From: a virus
Lineage: Duplodnaviria; Caudoviricetes
DNA: 46,997 nucleotides
Direction: 5' to 3' (one strand)
Virus record (IMG/VR): IMGVR_UViG_3300048574_000506
Span: 1 to 46,997 of that record
Made by a program: the position numbers and the translations under genes. Shown here piece by piece: positions 6,826-17,159 of the stretch. The stretch's first letter is position 1. Each line of letters opens with the position of its first letter. The notes beneath the pieces were generated by a model, which was given only the letters and a program-made list of their open reading frames with translations, was not told where the DNA came from and made no database searches.

Positions 6826-9800
6826 AGATTTCCGGACAACTCCCAGACGCCAGATGCGGCGAGCGTCGCGCAGACTTTGCCGTTCTGCACCGTGATCGCG
6901 GACCCGCCGGGCGAACGGATAGTGCCCGCACTCGAAAACGTCAGCGTTCCCGTGCCACCACGGATGAACACCATGCTCTGGCCGACCGCCCAGCCGCTCG
7001 GGATAGAGTTCGGCAGCGTGATCGTGATCGCGCTCGATGAGGTGAAACGACGGATCGTTTCGGCGTGACCGGCACCGACTGTGAAGCTCGTCGAGGTGTC
7101 GGCGTCGGTGTACGGCGTCGCGAGCTGGTTCGCATTGAGCTGCAGAGCAGTCTTCTCAACCCAAGTGGCATCGTTCTGCAGCAGTCTGTCGCCCGCCGCG
7201 CCGGTCGCCTTCGGCACGACCCCGTCGAGCGCGCTCGAGAACAATGTCGGCCCGATCTGGGCGTTGATAGCGTCAATATCGACGGACTGGCCAGCGCCGG
7301 CGCCGCTGCCAACACACCGCACCACGACCGTTCCGAATGGGGCGCTGCTGCTGACGACATAGCGTCCAGTGAGATTGAACTCGTACCAGGTATTCACCGC
7401 TGGCAGCGTGGTGTTGTCGAGGTTCACCGATGGCTGGTTGCCAGGAAAGATCGACGCAAAGTCGGCCGTAGCAGATCGCGCAAGATCGATCTGCAACGTC
7501 ACACTGTTCGGCAGGGACGCGGTACGCCGCACGCGCAACTGGATCGAAACAAGCAAGTCCGCCAGAGGCTGCAGCGGCGGATACCTAAGCGCACGAATCG
7601 ATGTGTCGCCGGTGCCCCACGTCATCGTGACGTAGCCACCCACCGCACCGCCGGTCGCGCTGAAAACTACATTGCCACCAGAGCCTATATCGACCGCCCA
7701 ATAATTCAACGGCGTTGGCAGTGAAAATTCACCGTCCGGCACAAGACGGCGCTTGTCAGTGTTATCCGCATCCGGCGGCACGAGGAGCGACGCGATCGAC
7801 GGCTCGTTGCCGTTCACCTCCTCGAAGCGCGGCTCGGCGAGGTCCATGCGCGTGGTGGCGTCGCCGCCGTAGTACATGTACGCACGGTGTTCCTGCGTTG
7901 TGGCACCGGACGCCATGCGGAACTCGTTGGCGGCAATGACCACGCGCCCCGTCGCGGGATCGTAGATCCCGCTCAAGCCGGAGTTGCCGCCCGAGTATCC
8001 GTTGCCGTGAATGAAGCCTACGCTCAGGTACCACTTGTCGGCCGTGAGCGCGAACAACGCCTGGCCGCCGATGAAATAGGGATTGCTGTTCGCGCTGCCG
8101 TCGAGATTGATCGTCGCGCCACCGTCGTCGCAGCCGTGGTAGAAGTTATTGCCGGTCGAGGCGCGGCGGCGCACCCACACAGTGGATCGGTAGGTCTTCG
8201 TGGCGTCGAGGCCGGACAGATCGCCAGAGTTGTTCCATCCGCCGTTGGCGTCACCGCCGGTGCCGAAGCCGGGATTCTGGCATCGGCATTCCCAAACAAG
8301 CTGAGTTGCGCCGCGCGGTCCCGTGGAATTGATGATCTGGTTCTCGTTGGCCGCATCCTGATTCAGCGACCACGCGCCGAAGTTCGCGCTCAGCGCCCCC
8401 GCTCGCCACAGATCCACGCTGAGCAAGTTGCCGCTCGCGGGACGTGCCGCGCCGACCGAAAAGTGCACGTCGACGATCTTTCCGCCCGGCGTGTAGAACG
8501 ACGTATCCAGAGCGAGCGGGAGCCGGTTGCCGCGCTGCACGGCGCGCACGATCGTGCCGTTGCGCAGGTACTGCACCACGCCGCCGACCTCGCGTATTGC
8601 GAACACGGTGCTCGTGTCATAGGAGCCGGCGCCGGCAACCGCTTGCACGCCGCTTTCGTAGATATTAGTCGTTCCGCCCGCAACCAGATGCCAAGCAAAA
8701 TCCAGCGACGTGTAGTTCTGGTCGGTCGCCGGGTCGGAATTGAGCGCCACCATGAGATCGGCGGTCGTCTGGGCGGGGCGGAAGGTCACCATCGCGCCGT
8801 CCGGGAAGGCCTCGCGCGAGTAAACGTCGGAGTCCCACGCCGCGACACCGCCGCTCTTCTCGATCGTCGACGCCGTGGCGATCATCGTCGCGCCGCCGCC
8901 GCCGCGCACGACGGGCGTCCACCCTGCGGGGTTCAGCGTCGTCGCCGTGACACCGGAGGTCGCGCCAGCCGGGAACCAGTCGCTGAACACTTCGCGGCCG
9001 CCGGCGACGACCTTGCCGTCGCGCGACCAGTACCAGCGCGCGGCGAGCACCGGCAGCTCGTGCTTGAACTCGCTGACGTCACCGCGGCCGATGCGCACCG
9101 CGTTCGCGCGGTTGTTGTCGATCGATGCCCAGACCTCGACGAAGTCGTAGGTCGAACGTGCCGGCGGCGTCACGCGGATCGCGTTGAAGCCGCTTTCGCC
9201 GGTGACCGTCAGCGCGGTCGGCGCGGGTGGCTTGTCGTCGGCGTCGGGACTGGCGACCTGCGTCTCGGGCACGTACTGCACGCGGTGGGCCGCGTTCGAC
9301 AGGTCGTGGTTCGAGATGATTGACTCGTCGACGTAGCCGCTGATGTTGACGTTGTCCTGGCCGACGATCCACGGCGATCCGGTCGGATTGCCGAGTTGCA
9401 TCCGCCCCTGCCGGCCGGGCATCGGATAGCCCTGAATACCCACGGACCCGGTGCGCGCGAAGAACCGACCACCGATGTTGGGGATCGACAGCGAATTGCC
9501 ATCGAGCAGCACGTACAGGGCGCCCGGTCCGCCTGCACCACCTGTGCCGGGGTAGTAGTCGAACCAGGTGTCTCCGCCCGTGTACAGGCTCGGCAATGCA
9601 GCCGACGCCCCGTCGAGCACGATCGATCCCGAAGCCCCGAAAGTCATTCCGCGGCAGATGATCGCCAGTCCCGCACCCCCTGCGGCGCCATCGCTGCCGA
9701 ATGCCGCCAGCGACGGCGGCTGGAACCCCTGAAAGATGAAGCGTCCGCCGGGGCCCCCGCCTGTGCCGCGAAGATCCGATGGCAGGCCGAGCAGCGAACT

Positions 9801-11879
9801 GCCATCGACACGGAGGGTAATCTCCGGGCACGCCTCATACAGACTTCGGGTCAACGCCACCGGTACCGTTTGAAGATCGCTCCAGCGCAGGGCGGGACGG
9901 CCGCCCACACGAACGACTGCGACACCATCCCCGCCACGGCTGTTGCCGACAAAGCCGGGATTGCCGGGGACCGGCGTCACAAGCGGCGGAACGTCGCCCG
10001 GGTCGGGCAGTTGCGCGATGCCCGGGTCCGCCACGCCAGCCCATCCGCCACCCGTCCCGACGATGTCGCCGTTCACGGTGACGAATCCGCGCACGCGCAA
10101 CTGCACGTTGCCGGTGATGTTGATCACCGCGCCATCGGGAATCGTCAGATCGCCGAGGTGGTAGAAGATCGACCCGGAAGCATTCAGGTCCACAGCACCG
10201 TTGATCGTGTGCGTGCCGGCATTGACCGTGTTGCCGGTCATGCCGATCACGGTGTTCAGCGCCACACCGGCGCTGCTGTAGAAGGCGTCCGGTAGCGGGG
10301 TCGCGGCCCCCGGCGTCGGCGGCCGAGCAGTCGGGCGCAGCGTCGAGCCGAGGAGTTCGTGCGTGAGTTCGCCCGTCGCGAAGTCGACCGAGCGACGCAA
10401 GCTCACGAACGATCGGTCGATCGATGCGCCGCCACCCGCAAAATCGCGCAAGCCCGCGATCTTTACCCGCATCACGTCGCCCACTTCGAAGCGATTCAGG
10501 CTCGGCCGGATCGTTACGTTGATGCGTTGCGGCGGGTAGGCGTAGGCATCCCGAATGGCATCGAGGCGCGTCTGGATGATCGCGTCGGTGTGAACGGCAC
10601 CGTGAAGCCCCTGGAATGCGAGTTTCAGAATCGGGGCTTCGCCGTGGATCGCGATCGAATCGCCATCAATGAACGCCGTACGGCGCGTGTACTCCCGGCG
10701 CACGTTGTCATAGGCCCAGTCGATCTGGAACTGATTGTGCAGGCTGCCGTAGTCGTGCTCGAGCGCGCCAGCCGAGACGACCTCGCGCTCGGTCAATGTG
10801 ACGAGCGGCGCGGCGTCCGAGATCATCGCCGGCAGGCGGCGCAGCCCCACCTGGCCGTCTGAGTAGATCGGTTGGTAGGCACCGAGCAGGAGGTAGATCT
10901 CGCGCTCGAGGAACCGCTTGCCGTCCTGCTTCTTCAGCCCCTCGAAGCGCAGCGGAAAGCCACGGGTATCATCGGTCGCGTCCCAGAGATCGGTGCCGAT
11001 GCCGGTGAAGTCCGCCAGACGCACGAGCGATGGATCGACGCCCAGGTGCCAATGCGCCGGCAGCGTGTTCGCCGTGCCATGGATCGAGCCGGTGAGCACC
11101 GCATAGGCCAGCTTGACGGCCGGCAGTTCGAGATAGATGAACTCCTCGACCTTCGGACGGCGCTCGGTGGGCGTCGTCGATTCGAACGTGTACGCGGTCG
11201 CGAGCGTGTTGAAGACACCGCGCGTGCAGCCGGTGAAAGAGCCGGCCGTCTTGCCGGTGGCCCGGATGATCTCTTCCTTGATCTTGAAGTAGTAGACGGT
11301 CGCGCTCGGTGCATCCGACCAGGCGGGTCCGTGCGCGACCGCCACGAACTTCGAAGTGTCCGCGACCGTGATGGTCGTATCAGCGGCGCCGCAGGAGGCC
11401 TGCAGGGTCGTCGAGACGGGCTCGAAGATGTCCTTGCGCTGCTCGCGCGTGATATCCGCGCACTGCACGGTATACGCGCCCGAGTCGTACTCGCAATTGG
11501 TGATGGTCTGCGTCTGGAAGAGCTGAAACGCAGTGAAATCGAAGCCCTCAAACCCCACCCAGAGTTGCGCCAACTTGCCGCGCAGTCCCTTGCCGTCGCC
11601 GAGCTTTGATCGCGCTTCGTTCGTGAACGCGGAGCCGAGATCGACGAGCGAGAACGAGAACGTGCCGATTTCACTGCGGCCCTGGTCCGGGATGATCTTC
11701 TGCGAAATCGCCGATGGCGCCTTCAGCGCAGAGTTCAGCACGATCCCCGGCACGCTCGGAATGTCGTCGTGCGAGGTGATGTAGAGCGAGCCCACGTCAA
11801 ACAGGATCGCGACCACGAACCGCGGGCGCTTATCCGCCGCTTCGTTCGCGCTCGCGAACTGGAGGCTATCGACCCTCAC
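6822..11879 (-). CDS. Large tail-tip/central fibre (host-specificity) protein, 1685 aa
   Basis: Follows the tape measure and distal-tail genes. N-terminal hub-like region, Gly-rich GGAG repeats, FN3-like PPAPTALTV segment, several carbohydrate-binding-like modules and a C-terminal fibre-tip domain. Confidence 0.85.
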   Translation of the reverse strand: MRVDSLQFASANEAADKRPRFVVAILFDVGSLYITSHDDIPSVPGIVLNSALKAPSAISQKIIPDQGRSEIGTFSFSLVDLGSAFTNEARSKLGDGKGLRGKLAQLWVGFEGFDFTAFQLFQTQTITNCEYDSGAYTVQCADITREQRKDIFEPVSTTLQASCGAADTTITVADTSKFVAVAHGPAWSDAPSATVYYFKIKEEIIRATGKTAGSFTGCTRGVFNTLATAYTFESTTPTERRPKVEEFIYLELPAVKLAYAVLTGSIHGTANTLPAHWHLGVDPSLVRLADFTGIGTDLWDATDDTRGFPLRFEGLKKQDGKRFLEREIYLLLGAYQPIYSDGQVGLRRLPAMISDAAPLVTLTEREVVSAGALEHDYGSLHNQFQIDWAYDNVRREYTRRTAFIDGDSIAIHGEAPILKLAFQGLHGAVHTDAIIQTRLDAIRDAYAYPPQRINVTIRPSLNRFEVGDVMRVKIAGLRDFAGGGASIDRSFVSLRRSVDFATGELTHELLGSTLRPTARPPTPGAATPLPDAFYSSAGVALNTVIGMTGNTVNAGTHTINGAVDLNASGSIFYHLGDLTIPDGAVINITGNVQLRVRGFVTVNGDIVGTGGGWAGVADPGIAQLPDPGDVPPLVTPVPGNPGFVGNSRGGDGVAVVRVGGRPALRWSDLQTVPVALTRSLYEACPEITLRVDGSSLLGLPSDLRGTGGGPGGRFIFQGFQPPSLAAFGSDGAAGGAGLAIICRGMTFGASGSIVLDGASAALPSLYTGGDTWFDYYPGTGGAGGPGALYVLLDGNSLSIPNIGGRFFARTGSVGIQGYPMPGRQGRMQLGNPTGSPWIVGQDNVNISGYVDESIISNHDLSNAAHRVQYVPETQVASPDADDKPPAPTALTVTGESGFNAIRVTPPARSTYDFVEVWASIDNNRANAVRIGRGDVSEFKHELPVLAARWYWSRDGKVVAGGREVFSDWFPAGATSGVTATTLNPAGWTPVVRGGGGATMIATASTIEKSGGVAAWDSDVYSREAFPDGAMVTFRPAQTTADLMVALNSDPATDQNYTSLDFAWHLVAGGTTNIYESGVQAVAGAGSYDTSTVFAIREVGGVVQYLRNGTIVRAVQRGNRLPLALDTSFYTPGGKIVDVHFSVGAARPASGNLLSVDLWRAGALSANFGAWSLNQDAANENQIINSTGPRGATQLVWECRCQNPGFGTGGDANGGWNNSGDLSGLDATKTYRSTVWVRRRASTGNNFYHGCDDGGATINLDGSANSNPYFIGGQALFALTADKWYLSVGFIHGNGYSGGNSGLSGIYDPATGRVVIAANEFRMASGATTQEHRAYMYYGGDATTRMDLAEPRFEEVNGNEPSIASLLVPPDADNTDKRRLVPDGEFSLPTPLNYWAVDIGSGGNVVFSATGGAVGGYVTMTWGTGDTSIRALRYPPLQPLADLLVSIQLRVRRTASLPNSVTLQIDLARSATADFASIFPGNQPSVNLDNTTLPAVNTWYEFNLTGRYVVSSSAPFGTVVVRCVGSGAGAGQSVDIDAINAQIGPTLFSSALDGVVPKATGAAGDRLLQNDATWVEKTALQLNANQLATPYTDADTSTSFTVGAGHAETIRRFTSSSAITITLPNSIPSGWAVGQSMVFIRGGTGTLTFSSAGTIRSPGGSAITVQNGKVCATLAASGVWELSGNL

Positions 11880-12295
11880 TGCTCGCGCACCGTGAAGCCG
11901 AGCGTGACCCAGTCGGTATGGCCGCCTTTGCCCTCCCTCTGGAAGGTGCTCTCGGTGTACCCGTCGTCGGCGCGCATCACATTGAGGAGGCGGACTGGGA
12001 CTTCTTCGGAGCCATATGGATCGAAGGTGAACAACTGGCCGTCATCGGTCGATTCGAGGAACTCGTAGAGTTCGGCCGCCAGGTGAATCTGCACGGGCGC
12101 GAGAGTGATCCCCCACACCCGCCTGCGTCCGAAGTAGAGCGTTTCGATACTGCCGTCCATCGATTCCTGCGTGGTCTTCAATGCCCCACCCGACGGCGGC
12201 GTGATCTCGGTCAGGCGCAGCGGCAGCGAGTACGTCGTTCCCGCGAAGTGGCTTGGCGCGAGCTGACGGCGCGCGATGTAGCTCACCCATGCCAT
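11876..12295 (-). CDS. Distal tail (Dit-like) protein
   Basis: 139 aa, located between the tape measure and tail-tip genes; motif FTFDPYG. Confidence 0.6.
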   Translation of the reverse strand: MAWVSYIARRQLAPSHFAGTTYSLPLRLTEITPPSGGALKTTQESMDGSIETLYFGRRRVWGITLAPVQIHLAAELYEFLESTDDGQLFTFDPYGSEEVPVRLLNVMRADDGYTESTFQREGKGGHTDWVTLGFTVREQ

Positions 12296-12297
12296 GA

Positions 12298-14244
12298 TCA
12301 GGATTCCAGAATCACGCGCGCTTGGGCGCTGCCGGCCGGGATAATCACGATATCCCGCCCGAAGCCGTCGCGCAGACCGTCCAGCAGTTGATCGATCACC
12401 TCGCGCGTCACGACGCCGTTGATGAAAACCTGCGTGCTGCCGCGGTCGGTGCTTCCGCTCGGTTCACTCACGGCATCGGTGTGCAGAGGGTTGTTCGGCG
12501 TCCCGGGTCCCACCGCGCGGTTGCTGTCGCCGCCACGTACCGCACCGATCTCCAGCGCACCCGTGGCAGCGATAAGCCCGACCTGGATTGCGCCAATCAG
12601 TTTCATGGACGCGGCGGCGGCATAACCGGCAGGCGTTGGTCCATAGACCGCAAACGCTTTCATGACCGCCGCGGCCGTGCTCTGGATCGTTTGCGCGATC
12701 ATGAGCCCGCGATTGATCAGGATGAGCGCGACCGCGGCTGTCTTCGACTTCTGCGCCATGAACTGCAGCAACCCGATACCGGCATTCACCGTGTCCTGCT
12801 GAAGTTGCAGCTTGGCCTGCTGGTACTGCTCGTCCAGTGCCTGCTGCTCGGCGAGCATCCGACTGTTCTCGTCGAATTCTCGCATCGTGATCGCGAGGCG
12901 CTGCTGACTGATCGAGGTGGCGCGGGCGAGCTGCTCCTGATCGAACGCTTCGCGACGGGCGGCCGTCTCCTCGAGGATCTTCCACTGCTCCTCGCCTTCG
13001 CGCTGCGTGATGGCAAGACGTTGCTCGGAAATGGACTGCAGGAGTTGCAGTTGCTCGAGCGACGGGTCCGCCGTGATCAGGTCGGGCGTCGATGGCACTC
13101 CTCGGCCGCCACCGGGACGGCCGCCTCCGCGAGGGTTGCGTGGTGCAACGGCCAGCTCTTGCGCGCGCTCCGCCAGTTGGATGCGTTGCTTCAGCGTTTC
13201 GATGTAGGCCTGCTCTTCGGCAAGCTGATCGTCCGTGAAGAAGCCGGAGGTCTTGTGCCGCGTATAGATGGTCTCGGCGTTGCGTAGCTCCTTGCTGAGC
13301 ACCTGCGCCGCTGTCAGGTCGGCATCTCGCACAAGGCCGCGTGCGGCCGCACGTCCTGCGGCATCGCCAAATCGCACCAGCCAGCCGATTGAGTTGGCCG
13401 CGGCCGTCCCCACCGCGGCGATACTCTGGATGAGACCGGCGAATCCCGCCTTGATCTCGGGAGAGGTGAGGGTGTCGGCGAGATTGTTGAGGCCGACGAC
13501 CATGCCCTTCATGCTCGCCTTGTCGCCCTCGAGCAGATCGCCGAAATTGTTCTTGACGGCTGTCAGCGCCCCGCCGAGGGTGTTTCGCGCAGCGGCCGCC
13601 GCACCGCCGAAGCGCCCCTCCAGCTCCCGCAGAATGAGACCCTGGGCGTCCGCAAGCCGGCCCGTATCGACCAGGTTCTTGATCAGGTCTTTCTGCGATT
13701 CGCTGAACAGCACACCGGCGCGCGTCAGGGCTGTGAGGCCGCGCTCGGGATCGGACAGCGCCTTTGCCACCGCGATCGACGAGCTGCGCAGGTCCGTGCC
13801 CATGCGCGTCGAGAGGTCAAGCACCGCGGCCGTGGCTCGCGTGATGGTGTCACCCGAGAGGCCTCGGAACGACAGCAGCAGCGTCTCGACGCCGAGCACA
13901 GCTTCGTCCGTGAAGGTGCTCGTCCGCTGCATCTGCGTCGCAAAGGCCTGAAGCTGCGACGAGGTCACCCCGGCGCGCGTTCCAGCCGACTGCAGCGCGG
14001 AGTCGAGTTGCGCGATCGCCTGCTCGCTCTCGGTCGTCGCCTGCACCACGGCGCGGATTCCGGCGACCAGGGCCGCACCGGAGAAGACCCCGAGAATGGC
14101 CTGCCCGGCCGTGCGCATCTGGCGGCTGATGCTGGCCGTTGCGCCGCGCAGCGAATTCAGCTCGCCGCGGACTTTCTTCAGTTCCGCCGTGAACTTGGCC
14201 GTCTCGGCGGCAAAGTTGATGGTTACGTCACCGGCGCTTGCCAT
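12298..14244 (-). CDS. Tail tape measure protein (648 aa)
   Basis: Ala-rich and helical, with motifs VAKALSDP…ALTRAGV and LILRELEGRFGG. Follows the tail chaperones. Confidence 0.92.
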   Translation of the reverse strand: MASAGDVTINFAAETAKFTAELKKVRGELNSLRGATASISRQMRTAGQAILGVFSGAALVAGIRAVVQATTESEQAIAQLDSALQSAGTRAGVTSSQLQAFATQMQRTSTFTDEAVLGVETLLLSFRGLSGDTITRATAAVLDLSTRMGTDLRSSSIAVAKALSDPERGLTALTRAGVLFSESQKDLIKNLVDTGRLADAQGLILRELEGRFGGAAAAARNTLGGALTAVKNNFGDLLEGDKASMKGMVVGLNNLADTLTSPEIKAGFAGLIQSIAAVGTAAANSIGWLVRFGDAAGRAAARGLVRDADLTAAQVLSKELRNAETIYTRHKTSGFFTDDQLAEEQAYIETLKQRIQLAERAQELAVAPRNPRGGGRPGGGRGVPSTPDLITADPSLEQLQLLQSISEQRLAITQREGEEQWKILEETAARREAFDQEQLARATSISQQRLAITMREFDENSRMLAEQQALDEQYQQAKLQLQQDTVNAGIGLLQFMAQKSKTAAVALILINRGLMIAQTIQSTAAAVMKAFAVYGPTPAGYAAAASMKLIGAIQVGLIAATGALEIGAVRGGDSNRAVGPGTPNNPLHTDAVSEPSGSTDRGSTQVFINGVVTREVIDQLLDGLRDGFGRDIVIIPAGSAQARVILES

Positions 14245-14578
14245 GGGCCTTCTTCAGTTTCTTCCGTTCGAGGAACGCGCGCTGCTCAGGTGTCAGGTCG
14301 TCCGAGCGGGACTCCGACGCATAGGGATCGATATAGAAATCGCCGGGCTTCAGCGCCTTCGATCCGCGCTTTCGCGGCGTGCAGTTCGCCACCGTGGCCG
14401 CCACAACTCCAGCCCGCCATGCATCCGCCATCGGCCCCCAGGGCTCGAGCTGCCAGTGCACGAAGCGCTGCATGAATTCTCGCGAACTCATGCGGGTGCC
14501 GAGCTCATCGAGTGTCCAGCCGTACGCTTGTGACAAGAGCAGCGCGAACCTCAGCTCGGGCTGCTCTCGGATTTTTTT
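14228..14578 (-). CDS. Tail assembly chaperone, gpT-like part expressed by -1 frameshift
   Basis: The -1 frame after A AAA AAA reads IREQPELRFALLLSQAYGWTLDELGTRMSSREF…EPWG. Confidence 0.8.
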   Translation of the reverse strand, partial: KKIREQPELRFALLLSQAYGWTLDELGTRMSSREFMQRFVHWQLEPWGPMADAWRAGVVAATVANCTPRKRGSKALKPGDFYIDPYASESRSDDLTPEQRAFLERKKLKKAHGKRR

Positions 14579-14898
14579 GCCGCACTCTCCTGCGCGCCGC
14601 TGGCGAGTCCGCTCACCTCGAGCACAGCCTTGGCAATTCGGCCGGCCAGTGCGCCGTCGAGGGTGCGCGCTTCATCCGGCGTGAAGAACCGCTCGCCCTT
14701 CGCATCACGCGCACCGAGATACGTGAACTCGTGATCGCCGAGCAGCCCGCCGTCTTTGCGCAGATCCTCGAGCACCAGCCGCTCGCCGGCGTCGAGGCTG
14801 CGAACGAAGACTTCGACGTCCGGGAGCTCCGGTGTCTCGACCCGCACGAGTTCTTTTCGATAGGCGAGCATGGCCGCCTTCATCTCATCCCGGTTCAT
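14551..14898 (-). CDS. Tail assembly chaperone, gpG-like
   Basis: Starts MNRDEMKAAM (ATGA overlap with the tail tube gene) and ends AAKKSESSPS over a slippery site. Confidence 0.8.
   Translation of the reverse strand: MNRDEMKAAMLAYRKELVRVETPELPDVEVFVRSLDAGERLVLEDLRKDGGLLGDHEFTYLGARDAKGERFFTPDEARTLDGALAGRIAKAVLEVSGLASGAQESAAKKSESSPS
14572..14578 (-). other. Programmed -1 ribosomal frameshift site (A AAA AAA)
   Basis: GCA AAA AAA TCC near the end of the gpG-like gene; the -1 frame is open into the gpT-like ORF. Confidence 0.8.
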
Positions 14899-15350
14899 GC
14901 CGTCTCCGTGATCGTGCCGTCGATCGCAATCTCCACGCGCGCGGCCGCTTCCTTCTCGCCTTCGATCTCCTCCCACTCCCACTTCTGGACGTAACCCACG
15001 AAGTCGAGCTGGTAGGCACCGGAGTCGGGCAGCACAACCTGCCAGTTACGACGCGCGGTCGTGGAACTGGCCGCCTTGGCATCCGTCTGCTTCATCGCGA
15101 GATGGATCGGATCGGCCGTATCGAATACGAGACGGAAGGAACACACCCGTCCTTCGAACCCGCCACCCACTTTGCGCGGGTCCGGCGAGTCGAGGGTCGG
15201 AAACTCACTCGATTTGCGCACGTCATCGGGCAGCTTGAGCGTGCCGACGAGGTTGACCACGTCAAACGTGTCGGCGCCGGGAGCAGGCAGGCTCGCGCCC
15301 GATGCCTGGCCGCGCCGAAGGATCGTGCCTTGGCCTGCAAAGTACGTCAT
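14895..15350 (-). CDS. Major tail (tube) protein
   Basis: Motifs FAGQGTIL, NWQVVLPD, FVGYV and IAIDGTIT; canonical position. Confidence 0.85.
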   Translation of the reverse strand: MTYFAGQGTILRRGQASGASLPAPGADTFDVVNLVGTLKLPDDVRKSSEFPTLDSPDPRKVGGGFEGRVCSFRLVFDTADPIHLAMKQTDAKAASSTTARRNWQVVLPDSGAYQLDFVGYVQKWEWEEIEGEKEAAARVEIAIDGTITETA

Positions 15351-15353
15351 GGA

Positions 15354-15746
15354 TCAGGTCTCCTGATAGAGGAAGAAAAGGTCGAGGCCCGTGCCTTTGA
15401 CCACGTTGTCACCGTCGCTGAGCGCGACCTCTGCTGCGGCATCCTCGACGCGCAGCGAGTTCACTCGCGTCGCCCCGATGAATCCGCGGAATCCGTTGAA
15501 GGTTGCTCGTACTACCGCCGCAATGCTCTGCTCGTCCGTCGCCGAACGGCCGAAAATGGCGACGCGCACCGTCGCGCGAGACAGCAGGGCCCTGCCGTCG
15601 AGGGTCGTAGGTGTGTTACCGGATATCTTGGTCAGCGCCACGAATGGCGTCTGCACACCCTGCGGCACCTGTCGGTCATAGACCTTGGCGCCGGCCAGCG
15701 TACCCATCGCGATCACGCGCTGGATCAGATCACTTTCGAGGCTCAT
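15354..15746 (-). CDS. Tail terminator/completion protein (DUF3168-like)
   Basis: Motif KVYDRQVPQGVQTPFV; canonical position. Confidence 0.75.
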   Translation of the reverse strand: MSLESDLIQRVIAMGTLAGAKVYDRQVPQGVQTPFVALTKISGNTPTTLDGRALLSRATVRVAIFGRSATDEQSIAAVVRATFNGFRGFIGATRVNSLRVEDAAAEVALSDGDNVVKGTGLDLFFLYQET

Positions 15747-15753
15747 GGCTGAC

Positions 15754-16275
15754 CTATTCCGATTTCTGGCGGCGCAGCGCCCGATCGACGTTGCGACGGA
15801 TCAGACGATCGAAGATGGCGATGGCATCCGCCGCCTTGGCACGGCCGACGGCCGTGAAGATGCCGCGTCCGGCCACCTTTCGGCCGGTGCGCCAGACCGT
15901 GAATCCCCACTCGACGAAGTGCCCCCAGTACACGCCTCGAATGGGACGCTTCCGACGGTAGACGAGGTTCGCCAGCGCGACCGCGACCTGGTCCTTTGCT
16001 TTCGGCGCCACGGCCACCACGAACCGCGACCCGCCGGCCAACGCTGAACGGCCGCGCGTCTCAGGGTCACGGACGTAGACCCTGCGAATCGCCTTCGCAA
16101 GGGCGCCCGACCGCTGAATACTCGTCGCGGCCGCCCTGGTGCTCTCCATCGTCGGCTTGGCGGCCTGAAAGAGCGTCGAGCGCACCACCTTCTCGCCCGC
16201 GACGGCGCCGAGCAGGGTCAGCTTCTCGTCGACCTCCTTCAGCCCCTCGATCTCGACGGAGAAGCTGTCAGCCAT
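15754..16275 (-). CDS. HK97 gp10-family neck protein
   Basis: Motifs VEIEGLKEV, RSGAL and YWGHFVEWG. Confidence 0.85.
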   Translation of the reverse strand: MADSFSVEIEGLKEVDEKLTLLGAVAGEKVVRSTLFQAAKPTMESTRAAATSIQRSGALAKAIRRVYVRDPETRGRSALAGGSRFVVAVAPKAKDQVAVALANLVYRRKRPIRGVYWGHFVEWGFTVWRTGRKVAGRGIFTAVGRAKAADAIAIFDRLIRRNVDRALRRQKSE

Positions 16276-16627
16276 GTTCCACGCATTGAAGCTGGATGTA
16301 ACCGCGGCGCTTTTCGAGCGGCACGATGTGTTTGATGTCCAGGTAGTGCGTGATCCGCGTGCCGCCCGGCAGCGTCTCGATCCACTTCACGCGATGCTGC
16401 GGCGTCACCTGAACGTTCGGCCGACGCATCTCGACCTGGTGCGTGAGGATCGTCTGAGTCTGCTGAGCCGCCACGTACTCGCGACCACTCAGAGCGAGAA
16501 CGGAGGCCCAGACATTCGTCAGGACATCGATCCAGACATCGGCCGGTTCGTTGAAGTCGTTCGCGGCCGCCGCGGGGTCGCGCTGCTGGACCCAGATCTT
16601 CTCGCGCAGCCGGCCGATCTGGCTCAC
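16268..16627 (-). CDS. Head closure (head-tail joining) protein
   Basis: Motifs IGRLREKI and VWASVLALSGREY. Confidence 0.88.
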   Translation of the reverse strand: MSQIGRLREKIWVQQRDPAAAANDFNEPADVWIDVLTNVWASVLALSGREYVAAQQTQTILTHQVEMRRPNVQVTPQHRVKWIETLPGGTRITHYLDIKHIVPLEKRRGYIQLQCVEHG

Positions 16628-17127
16628 GCACTTGCGCCAAGGATGATCACGTCATACGTCACTGGCGCGCCGCCGGCGGCGTTCGTGAACGTGAGCAAGT
16701 CGGCGGTCGCCGCCGTCACCGGGACGCCCGTGGCATTCGGCGCGACCCACATGAATGCTCCGCCTGGCTTGATCGGCAGGCCGTCGCCCGCGGCCAGAAA
16801 GAGCGGCACACCGTTGGCCGCAGCGCGCGTCACGTTGACATCGTTCACGTTGGCCGCGAGCGCCGCGACGTAGATCAGCTTGATCCTGGCGAAGGTGACC
16901 GCGAGACCGAACGAGTCGGTCAACGCGCCCGCCAGATCCAGATCCTCGGTGCCCGATGCGGCCAGCGTGCGCCGATCGCTGAACATGCGATCGATCTGGC
17001 CAGCGCCAACGCCGTCGGTCAGGTTGAAGTTCTTGACGATCCCAATCGGGAATCGCGCTTCGCCGAGATCGATGCCACGTGTGTGGGCGCCTTCGAGCGA
17101 GAGCAAGGCTTGGACATTCAGGGACAT
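16624..17127 (-). CDS. Conserved virion-associated protein in the neck region, function unknown
   Basis: 167-aa beta-rich protein with an RBS (GAGG) and a GTGA overlap with the head-closure gene. Confidence 0.7.
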   Translation of the reverse strand: MSLNVQALLSLEGAHTRGIDLGEARFPIGIVKNFNLTDGVGAGQIDRMFSDRRTLAASGTEDLDLAGALTDSFGLAVTFARIKLIYVAALAANVNDVNVTRAAANGVPLFLAAGDGLPIKPGGAFMWVAPNATGVPVTAATADLLTFTNAAGGAPVTYDVIILGASA

Positions 17128-17159
17128 GGTGATACCTCAAAGTGTTGGACGCGCTGACT

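Noticed and set aside
6822-11879. Diversity-generating retroelement or invertible tail-fibre cassette
   Set aside because: No reverse transcriptase or invertase is present, and I noticed no template/variable repeat pair. An exhaustive self-alignment was not possible.
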